Shown here piece after piece: positions 7,558 to 14,573 of a stretch of 15,453 nt of DNA. The translations under genes were made by a program, and so were the position numbers. The DNA comes from a bacterium (lineage in GTDB: Bacteria; DUMJ01). Position 1 is the first letter of the stretch. Every line of letters starts with the position of its first letter. The notes beneath the pieces are model-generated. The model saw nothing but the letters and a program-made list of their open reading frames with translations. It was not told the DNA's origin and searched no databases. Location of the stretch: contig JBMFMV010000044.1 of NCBI GenBank assembly GCA_049970495.1, positions 1 to 15,453 on the forward strand, written 5' to 3'.

Positions 7558-8329
7558 ACAGAAACAGGTCTATTATACCTTTTTAGGTTCCCTTCTCTTA
7601 GTGGTTATCCTAATTATAGTGGCTAAGTCAGGGGCTAATTTAGAGATTGAGGTACAGACTGGTTCTAAGATAGACCTTCGTCCATTGATAAATGCCTATT
7701 TTGTTATGGGGTTTACTCTAACTATAGGTATGCCCTTCTTATTGCCTCTATTTGTGACACTAAACACCTCTAATATATTCACCAGAGAATTTGCTGAGGG
7801 GACAATAAGGACATATCTAGTTAGAATAGGTGGAAGAAAGAGAATCTTTATAACTAAGGTTATAGCGAATCTTATAATTACCTTTCTGTTGCTAGTATTT
7901 ACTGGAATAGTTAGTTTCTCTTTGGGTGCTTTATTTTTTGGTTTAGAGGCTAAGACCTTTATCTCTCCGTTATTGCCAATTCCTATTCCGTTTTCTTGGG
8001 AGGATAACTTCTTACCTGCCTATTTTTATAGCTGCATATGTCTAGTAACTATTGCTTGTCTTTCTGTACTTTGGTCTATAACTTCTAACTCTACAGGGGA
8101 GACACTACTCAAGTCTCTCTCTACTGTAATACTTCTTAATGTTCTATCTAATATACAGAGGATAAAACCCTATCTTTTTACCTCTTATCTAGACATATGG
8201 AGTAAAGCTTGGAGTGATCCTATCCCTTGGGCTGAACTTAATAGGGGAGCAATAATACTTTTTATACATTCTTTGGGTTTTGTAATTTTTGCCTATTTCC
8301 TCTTTGCTAGAAAAGATATACTCTGCTAG
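7526..8329 (+). CDS. ABC-2 type exporter permease
   Basis: About six hydrophobic segments, N-terminal ELYKL, REFAEGTIRTYL motif, C-terminal FARKDI. ATG 7526 follows an SD-like GGTGA (alternative GTG at 7517). Confidence 0.9.
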   Translation: MLWIELYKLFRQKQVYYTFLGSLLLVVILIIVAKSGANLEIEVQTGSKIDLRPLINAYFVMGFTLTIGMPFLLPLFVTLNTSNIFTREFAEGTIRTYLVRIGGRKRIFITKVIANLIITFLLLVFTGIVSFSLGALFFGLEAKTFISPLLPIPIPFSWEDNFLPAYFYSCICLVTIACLSVLWSITSNSTGETLLKSLSTVILLNVLSNIQRIKPYLFTSYLDIWSKAWSDPIPWAELNRGAIILFIHSLGFVIFAYFLFARKDILC

Positions 8330-8997
8330 GTCTCTAATATGTAATATCCATAACAATCTATCACTTTGGTATCCCCAAGTAATTTGACCCTGTTACTCCT
8401 TCTATTAAGATATCCAAGATGCGTATGCCCATGGAGGTGAATTTTAGGCTTATACTTTAGATCAAAATCTCTAAAGACTTTGAATCCTCTATGCGCAGGG
8501 TCTTTAGATTCTTCACAGAGACCTAATTCATTCTCCGGACATCTTTTACCTACGCCTACAGGGGATTTGCATCTATTTTGAGATTCTCCTATACACATAG
8601 AAGGAGGGGCATGAGTTACAAGTATATCAATCCCACCACTTCTCCATATCTGAGGGATAGTTTTTATTATCTTCCAATACATCTGTCTCTCTGTATACTG
8701 GAGCTTTTCTCCTCCATAATATATAGACCCCTCAAATCCTAGAATCCTTAGCCCTTTATAGACTGTGAGCTTTCCCTCTATGTTAGTACAACCTTCAGGG
8801 GGTTTTTTCTCATAAATGGTATCATGGTTGCCCCTTACATAGAATAATGGACCTCTTAATACCGTAACAAGGAAAGATAAAAAATCAGGAGGAAGGTCTC
8901 CACAAGAAATTGTAAAATCAATATTCTTCCATCTGTCCTCTTCAAAAAAGTCGTATAGTATAGGTTCTTGATAATCACTTACTACTAGTATTTTCAT
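8326..8997 (-). CDS. Calcineurin-like metallophosphoesterase
   Basis: Motifs VSD, CGD, VRGNHD, THAP and HGHTH. Confidence 0.9.
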   Translation of the reverse strand: MKILVVSDYQEPILYDFFEEDRWKNIDFTISCGDLPPDFLSFLVTVLRGPLFYVRGNHDTIYEKKPPEGCTNIEGKLTVYKGLRILGFEGSIYYGGEKLQYTERQMYWKIIKTIPQIWRSGGIDILVTHAPPSMCIGESQNRCKSPVGVGKRCPENELGLCEESKDPAHRGFKVFRDFDLKYKPKIHLHGHTHLGYLNRRSNRVKLLGDTKVIDCYGYYILET

Positions 8998-9008
8998 TTT
9001 CTATTACT

Positions 9009-9053
9009 ATTTTACCATGATCTCTTTTCAAAGATATACCAAAGATTTATAAT
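9009..9053. promoter_or_regulatory. Candidate divergent promoters
   Basis: Minus strand: extended -10 TGGTAAAAT (9017-9009). Plus strand: TTTTCA (9025-9030)-17 bp-TATAAT (9048-9053). Confidence 0.5.
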
Positions 9054-9087
9054 AGAACTAACTTAGTTATCCTGGAGGGAAAAGTTA

Positions 9088-10209
9088 ATGACTAAAAGGG
9101 AGATGAACTTAAGAATATTTCAAGGGTTAGATGTGCCATATCCTCTATTTCAACCTAGGATAGAATCTTGGTATCATTGGCATAAACAGTTTGATGTAAT
9201 GCCTGAGAAATACAAAGACTATTCTCTTCTAGATCTTTATGATGAACTAGATATATCTATGAGATATGTCTCTTATTATACAGGTATCCCTGGTCCTATA
9301 GGTGTCAGTTATAGTGATAAAGTTAAGATTACTGAGAAGGGGATAAGTAGTGATTGTAGATTAACGGTTATAGATACCCCTTATGGAGAACTTATAAGAG
9401 AGATAAGATTAACTTCAGATGGAAATTGGAGGACATCCAAGCCTCCTATAAAAACCAGAGAAGACATAAGAAAAGCAACCTGGTTATTTAAGAATATGGA
9501 GTTTTATTTTGTAAGAGAGAATTTTGATAGAGGAGATGAGTTTATTGGTGACAGGGGATATCCTCAGTTTTTCCTTCCTAGGAGTCCTTATCAGACCTTG
9601 CACGTTGATAGTTCTTGGATGACACTAGAGGACCTAGTGTATGCACTCAACGATTTCCCTAAAGAGACAGAAGAACTGATGTTGGCTATAGATGAATCTT
9701 ATGATAGACTCTATGAAGAGGTGATATTATACAGAGATAGAGTAAAGATAGTTAATTTTGGAGAAAACATAGATGCTTACCTCTTCTCTATAAGATATTT
9801 TGAAAAGTATCTTATCCCGTTCTGGGAGAAGCGATCAAATCAGCTTAGAAAGACTGGTATATATACCCATATCCATATAGATGGGCACTTTAGACCAATA
9901 CTTAAATATCTAAAAGACCTTCCCTTTGATGGCTTGGAGGCCCTGACACCTTTACCACAAGGAGATGTCTCTATAGAAGAGATGAAAGAATATATTGGTG
10001 ATAAGGTCTTACTAGATGGTATCCCTGCGGTCCTCTTTTTACCTATCTATCCTAGAGAAGAATTGTATGAATGTGTAGAGAAACTAATAAGATTTTTCCA
10101 TCCAAAACTAGTATTAGGTATATCCGATGAGATACCTGAAGGGGTAGATGAAGAGGGGATAGAGAGAGTAAGGTGGATATCTAATTATTGTAAGTCTTTT
10201 AAATCTTAG
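9088..10209 (+). CDS. Uroporphyrinogen decarboxylase (URO-D/MtaA) superfamily protein of unknown function
   Basis: RBS GGAGGG. TPYGEL, PIKTREDI, FEKYLIPFW, HIDG, KVLLDGIP and LVLGISDEIP follow the URO-D-like TIM-barrel pattern. Confidence 0.7.
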   Translation: MTKREMNLRIFQGLDVPYPLFQPRIESWYHWHKQFDVMPEKYKDYSLLDLYDELDISMRYVSYYTGIPGPIGVSYSDKVKITEKGISSDCRLTVIDTPYGELIREIRLTSDGNWRTSKPPIKTREDIRKATWLFKNMEFYFVRENFDRGDEFIGDRGYPQFFLPRSPYQTLHVDSSWMTLEDLVYALNDFPKETEELMLAIDESYDRLYEEVILYRDRVKIVNFGENIDAYLFSIRYFEKYLIPFWEKRSNQLRKTGIYTHIHIDGHFRPILKYLKDLPFDGLEALTPLPQGDVSIEEMKEYIGDKVLLDGIPAVLFLPIYPREELYECVEKLIRFFHPKLVLGISDEIPEGVDEEGIERVRWISNYCKSFKS

Positions 10210-10219
10210 AGGTGAGTTG

Positions 10220-11401
10220 ATGGAGTATGATGTAGTGATAGTTGGAGGAGGACCTATTGGTTGTTTTGTAGGTAGGCTTATAGCAGAAAGTGGACGTAAA
10301 GTTCTTATACTAGAAGAACATAAAGAGGTAGGAGAACCTCCTCATTGTGCTGGGTTAGTTTCCCCAGAAGTCTTAGCAATAAGTAGGGTTGAAGATGAAG
10401 TAATTCTTAACAGAATAAGAGGAGCCAACATATATGGCTACGATGGAACAAGCCTCTCTTTTTTAGGTGAAAAGACTTACGCTTTAGTTATAGATAGGAT
10501 ACTATTTGACAAAAGAATGGCAGTAAAAGCAGAAGACAGTGGTGCAGAGGTATTAAAAGATTCAAGAGCTGTAAAATTTGAAAGAGATAGTAGGGCAATA
10601 GTTGTAACCTTTAAGAAGGGAAGTAATGAGTACAAGGTTAAAGCTTTACTAGTTATAGGTGCTGATGGTGCCCATTCTACAGTAGCAAAATTTTTCAAAC
10701 TTTCTCCCCCTCAGGAGATTATCTATGGTTTTCAGATTGAGGGAGAATTAAACTGTCCCACCCCTGAGCAGGTAGATGTTATATTAGATAATGAAACATC
10801 ACCAGGTTGGTTTTCTTGGATCATTCCTATAAATGAAGGGTATGCAAGGATTGGGTTAGGTATAAATGTAAGAAGAAATCCAAGAGAATACTTTGAGAAG
10901 TTATGTAGTAAGTGGGAACCTCTTAAGTCTTTTAAAAGCTCTAATATAAAAAGGGTTATGGGCGGATTAATCCCGATAGGCCTTGTAGAGAGGAGCTTTA
11001 CAGACAATGTTATGCTTGTTGGAGATGCTGCGAGCCAGTTAAAGCCGTTATCTGGCGGAGGTCTATATCTTGGGTTGTTGGCAGGGATAATATGTAGTAA
11101 AGTAGCTTTAGAAGCGTTGGATAAAGGTGATTTTTCGAGTAATACGTTATCCAAATACCAAAAACTATGGATGAAATCAGTAGGAAAAGAGATAAAATTA
11201 GGTATGAGGTTGAGGAAGATCTTTTTAGGTCTTACGGATAAGGAAAAATCAGATTTATTAAAGATTCTAGATAACCGAGAGACAAAGTCTATGATACTTT
11301 CTGTAGGAAACATTGATCATCCATGGAGAGTAGCATATAAAATTATGACTAGTATTAAGATGCCTCTTATAACTCGGATGTTAACTTTGGCTTTTAAGTA
11401 G
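10220..11401 (+). CDS. Geranylgeranyl reductase family FAD-dependent oxidoreductase
   Basis: YDVVIVGGGPIG, PPHCAG, IDRILFD, IGADG, PGWFSWIIP and VGDAA..KPLSGGG motifs; RBS GAGGTG (alternative start TTG 10217). Confidence 0.88.
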   Translation: MEYDVVIVGGGPIGCFVGRLIAESGRKVLILEEHKEVGEPPHCAGLVSPEVLAISRVEDEVILNRIRGANIYGYDGTSLSFLGEKTYALVIDRILFDKRMAVKAEDSGAEVLKDSRAVKFERDSRAIVVTFKKGSNEYKVKALLVIGADGAHSTVAKFFKLSPPQEIIYGFQIEGELNCPTPEQVDVILDNETSPGWFSWIIPINEGYARIGLGINVRRNPREYFEKLCSKWEPLKSFKSSNIKRVMGGLIPIGLVERSFTDNVMLVGDAASQLKPLSGGGLYLGLLAGIICSKVALEALDKGDFSSNTLSKYQKLWMKSVGKEIKLGMRLRKIFLGLTDKEKSDLLKILDNRETKSMILSVGNIDHPWRVAYKIMTSIKMPLITRMLTLAFK

Positions 11402-11412
11402 GGGTGGTTATT

Positions 11413-12888
11413 ATGATATTAGTTAATTCGGAGACTATGAGACTTGCCGAGTCTAGAGTTATGGAAGCCTACAGAGTAGATGAAGAATTACTAATGGAGA
11501 TAGTAGCTTCAAGAGTTACCGATAAGATATTAGAATTCCTAGGTAGTATAAAAGGGAAGACCTTCTTAATCTTTGCTGGAAGAGGTAAGAATGGCGGAGA
11601 CGCCATTGCAGTAGCTAGACATATTGTACTAAATGGTGCGGATGTAAAAGTATTTTTAGTAAAGAGAGAAAACGACGACGTTTCACCCCTTACTCAGTTA
11701 CAACTTGATAGATTAAGGGCATTTTGTCCTAGGTCTATAGTAGAATCTATAGACAGTATGGCCAGAGGAGATTTCATAATAGATGGTCTTTTTGGGACGG
11801 GATTTAAAGGAGAACTAAGAGAACCCTATTTATCTACTGTCAAATATATGAACAGTTTAAATCTACCGATTATATCTATTGATGTCCCTTCCGGTTTAGA
11901 TGCAAGTAGCGGAAAAGTCTCTAATGAGTGTATTAGGGCTACTTATACCTTCACGCTAGGGCTACCGAAACTAGGGCTATTTGTCTATCCAGGTGCAGAA
12001 TATGTTGGAAAAGTATACGTTATAGACCTGGGCTTTCCGTTGGATAGATACATTGAGAAGACTCATGAACTTATTGATGAAGGGATGATAAGATCAGTTC
12101 TCCCTCACAGAAAGCCGGATACTCATAAGGGGACATATGGGAGGGTAGGGATTATCGGTGGTTCATCTAATTATCCTGGGGCATCTATTCTAGTTACTAA
12201 AGGAGCTCTTGCAAGTGGAACAGGCCTTGTAACCCTCTTTGTTACTCCAGATATGTATCGGATACTCCATTCGATAGACCCTGAGGTTACCCTATTCCCT
12301 CGAGAAAGCTGGAAAGAGCTATTACCAAATCTATCTGCTCTAGTTGTCGGTCCCGGGATAGGAAGAGTCGATACCTCTTTTATAGAAGATACTATTAGCT
12401 CTAGTACTGTTCCTATTGTATTAGATGCTGATGGGCTAAATGGTATAGTAGGCTCAGTAGATATGCTTAAGTCTTCTCGAGTCCCTATTATTGTAACACC
12501 TCACCCTGGAGAGATGGCTAGACTCATAGGTAAAGATACAAGATTTGTCCAGGATAATAGGATTGAAGTAGCTGTTAGTTTTAGTAAGGAATACAATGTG
12601 ATAACAGTCCTAAAGGGAGCTAGGACTGTAGTCTCATCTGTGGATGGAGTAGCTTATATAAATCCAACAGGGAATCCATCTATGGCTACCGGTGGAATGG
12701 GAGATGTATTAAGTGGGCTTATAGGGGGCTTTATAGCTAGAGGATTACCTCCTCTTTTTGGTAGCATCTTGGGGGTTTATATACATGGACTAGCAGGAGA
12801 TATGATAAGCAGAGAAAAAGAAAGGGTCTTAGCTCAGGAGGTAGCTAATGAGATACCTAGATTACTCAGATCTATGATGAATGACTAA
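11413..12888 (+). CDS. nnr: Bifunctional NAD(P)H-hydrate epimerase/dehydratase (YjeF)
   Basis: YjeF_N motifs G.GKNGGD, DGLFGTG, IDVPSG; dehydratase motifs HKGTYG, GPGIG, DADGL, TPHPGEMARL, MATGGMGDVL. ATG 11413 follows GGGGTGG. Confidence 0.95.
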   Translation: MILVNSETMRLAESRVMEAYRVDEELLMEIVASRVTDKILEFLGSIKGKTFLIFAGRGKNGGDAIAVARHIVLNGADVKVFLVKRENDDVSPLTQLQLDRLRAFCPRSIVESIDSMARGDFIIDGLFGTGFKGELREPYLSTVKYMNSLNLPIISIDVPSGLDASSGKVSNECIRATYTFTLGLPKLGLFVYPGAEYVGKVYVIDLGFPLDRYIEKTHELIDEGMIRSVLPHRKPDTHKGTYGRVGIIGGSSNYPGASILVTKGALASGTGLVTLFVTPDMYRILHSIDPEVTLFPRESWKELLPNLSALVVGPGIGRVDTSFIEDTISSSTVPIVLDADGLNGIVGSVDMLKSSRVPIIVTPHPGEMARLIGKDTRFVQDNRIEVAVSFSKEYNVITVLKGARTVVSSVDGVAYINPTGNPSMATGGMGDVLSGLIGGFIARGLPPLFGSILGVYIHGLAGDMISREKERVLAQEVANEIPRLLRSMMND

Positions 12889-13512
12889 TATCACCCCTTC
12901 TTTTATCTCTATATGACAGGGAGATTTTTCTATTTCATTACTTACTGTAAGACTATCCTCTAGATATATATCAGCATTATTTAGTGGATACTTAAGATTG
13001 TGGGTAGTTACCCCTTTTATAATATCTGTTAACGGTATAAGTGAGACTATTTCCCCTTTTTTCCCGTATATTTCAATACCTTCCTTAGAGATGTACCCTT
13101 CAGATTTTATCCCCAATGATATCTTAGCGAGTCTTATCCTATCCTCTCTAACAAACCTTCTTAGTATCCCTAGGGCTGAGAGTGTATGGTCTAGTCTTGT
13201 TCCAACTATTCCATATACTAACACTTCTTTAATACCTAATCTTTCTAACTCTTCTAAAGCCAAATGAAAATCCGTCTTATCTTTATCCCTTGGGAATTCT
13301 TTAAAGGGTATACCTAGTTCTTTATAGTGCTTTAAAGACCTATCTTCAATAGAGTCCATATCACCTATAATCAGGTTAGGAGTGATTCCTACCTCATATG
13401 CGTAATTTGTCCCTCCATCTATACATATAATAAAGAATTTATCTCCTTTTAAATCCTCTATTAGAGAGTCCTTATCCCAAGATTCGCCACTAGCAATAAG
13501 TAGTCCTTTCAT
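12862..13512 (-). CDS. thiN: Thiamine pyrophosphokinase
   Basis: CIDGG, IIGDMDS, KDKTDF, GTRLDH, VSLIP, LKYPL and VSNE motifs; ATGA overlap with thiT. Confidence 0.95.
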   Translation of the reverse strand: MKGLLIASGESWDKDSLIEDLKGDKFFIICIDGGTNYAYEVGITPNLIIGDMDSIEDRSLKHYKELGIPFKEFPRDKDKTDFHLALEELERLGIKEVLVYGIVGTRLDHTLSALGILRRFVREDRIRLAKISLGIKSEGYISKEGIEIYGKKGEIVSLIPLTDIIKGVTTHNLKYPLNNADIYLEDSLTVSNEIEKSPCHIEIKEGVILVIHHRSE

Positions 13513-14012
13513 CTCTTTGGAAGCCTAGGTAAAATTAGAATTGTTATCACTAGAGCTAATATAGCATCTGGCAGGATTACAGATGCGTTATATGAGATTG
13601 AGTAGATCCAAGGATTCATTCCTTGAGGAGCGTAAGAAGAAAAATATACAACCCCAGATATTATATGACTTAAAAGTCTACCTAAAGTTCCAACTATTAT
13701 TCCAAGAGGAGGTATATCTCTTATAGTACCGGCAAGACCTAAAAGAGAAAAGGCTAAAGGATAGTCCAATATGAACTGTATAGGGTGAACAAAGAAAGGT
13801 TCTATAAGATATACTAAGAGTCCAAATATTGCTCCAGCTAATACTCCTACTTTGTATCCCCTTCTAAGAGAGAGCACAAATAGAGGTACTAGACTTCCAG
13901 GGGTAATACGACCACCTTGGGGCATCTGGTATATTGGAATCATATGCAATACAATCCCTAATGCTAGTGTTAATCCTATCTCTGCTACTAACTTGGCATT
14001 AAGTTTACTCAT
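13509..14012 (-). CDS. thiT: ECF transporter S component for thiamine
   Basis: MPQGG, HPIQFILDY, HIISGVVYFSSYAP.G.NPWIYS..YN motifs; AAGGAGG RBS; downstream of a TPP riboswitch. Confidence 0.95.
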   Translation of the reverse strand: MSKLNAKLVAEIGLTLALGIVLHMIPIYQMPQGGRITPGSLVPLFVLSLRRGYKVGVLAGAIFGLLVYLIEPFFVHPIQFILDYPLAFSLLGLAGTIRDIPPLGIIVGTLGRLLSHIISGVVYFSSYAPQGMNPWIYSISYNASVILPDAILALVITILILPRLPKR

Positions 14013-14033
14013 ATTATTATCTCCTCCTTTTAT

Positions 14034-14073
14034 AAAAAATAAAGAGCTGTAAGCGAGAGAGCCTACAGCCCTT
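14034..14073 (-). terminator. Riboswitch expression-platform terminator
   Basis: Minus-strand hairpin AAGGGCTGTAGGC-tctctc-GCTTACAGCTCTT followed by TATTTTTT, just before the thiT RBS. Confidence 0.85.
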
Positions 14074-14086
14074 ACATAATCTTATT

Positions 14087-14189
14087 TAGCTATAGCTCCC
14101 TACGCTGGCATTATCCAGTTCAGGTTCGAAGGGTCGAAGGGTTTAACCCTTCCTCTCAGCCCCAATGAAGGAGCTCCCCTGCCTAACTA
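14087..14189 (-). ncRNA. TPP riboswitch aptamer (THI box)
   Basis: Minus strand GGCAGGGGAGC...GCTGAGAGG...GACCCTTCGAACCTGAACTGGATAATGCCAGCGTAGGGAGC, with P3a hairpin GAAGGG/CCCTTC. 5' boundary uncertain. Confidence 0.96.
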
Positions 14190-14190
14190 T

Positions 14191-14241
14191 ATTTTACATC
14201 AATTGAGTGACTATTGCAATCTTATAAATTTTTGGTAAAAT
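14191..14241. promoter_or_regulatory. Divergent promoters for the thiT leader and tRNA operon sharing one -35 hexamer
   Basis: Palindromic TTGCAA at 14214-14219. Minus strand: 17 bp to TAAAAT (14196-14191). Plus strand: 16 bp to TAAAAT (14236-14241) with a TGn extension. Confidence 0.7.
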
Positions 14242-14251
14242 ATATACCGAT

Positions 14252-14327
14252 GGGTCGTTAGCTCAGTTGGTAGAGCACCTGACTCTTAATCAGGCTGTCG
14301 CGGGTTCGAATCCTGCACGACCCACCA
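14252..14327 (+). tRNA. tRNA-Lys (CTT)
   Basis: Acceptor GGGTCGT/ACGACCC, anticodon arm CCTGA-ctCTTaa-TCAGG, TTCGAAT T-loop, encoded CCA. Confidence 0.97.
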
Positions 14328-14336
14328 TTTGATAGA

Positions 14337-14422
14337 GCGAGGGTGGCGGAACTGGCAGACGCGCTAGACTTAGGATCTAGTGGTTAACACCCGTGCGGGT
14401 TCAAATCCCGCTCCTCGCACCA
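14337..14422 (+). tRNA. tRNA-Leu (TAG)
   Basis: Acceptor GCGAGGG/TCCTCGC, anticodon arm CTAGA-ctTAGga-TCTAG, long variable arm, encoded CCA. Confidence 0.97.
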
Positions 14423-14435
14423 TTAGAATAAAAGC

Positions 14436-14510
14436 GCGGAAGTGGCTCAGCGGTAGAGCATCTCCTTGCCAAGGAGAGGGTCGCGGGTTCAAATCCCGTC
14501 TTCCGCTCCA
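14436..14510 (+). tRNA. tRNA-Gly (GCC)
   Basis: Acceptor GCGGAAG/CTTCCGC, anticodon arm TCTCC-ttGCCaa-GGAGA, discriminator T plus CCA. Confidence 0.97.
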
Positions 14511-14525
14511 ATATTGAAGATTATC

Positions 14526-14556
14526 CTCGATAGCTAATGCTATCGAGTTATTTTTT
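14526..14556 (+). terminator. Intrinsic terminator after the tRNA cluster
   Basis: CTCGATAGC-taat-GCTATCGAG perfect 9-bp stem followed by TTATTTTTT. Confidence 0.85.
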
Positions 14557-14573
14557 ATTAGATGGAGGTATTG

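Noticed and set aside
10732..11313. 193-aa minus-strand ORF (and 10477..10698)
   Set aside because: Entirely antisense to the GGR gene, Ser/Phe/Leu-rich shadow composition, no recognisable motifs.
11578..11604. GRGKNGGDA instead of GxGNNGGDG in the Nnr epimerase domain
   Set aside because: The NGGD core and other motifs are retained; not enough to claim loss of function.
12998..14052. Plus-strand ORFs 12998..13267 and 13852..14052
   Set aside because: Antisense shadows of thiN and thiT.
14252..14560. tRNA cluster as an integration site for a mobile element
   Set aside because: No integrase or duplicated tRNA 3' end seen; flanks are housekeeping genes.
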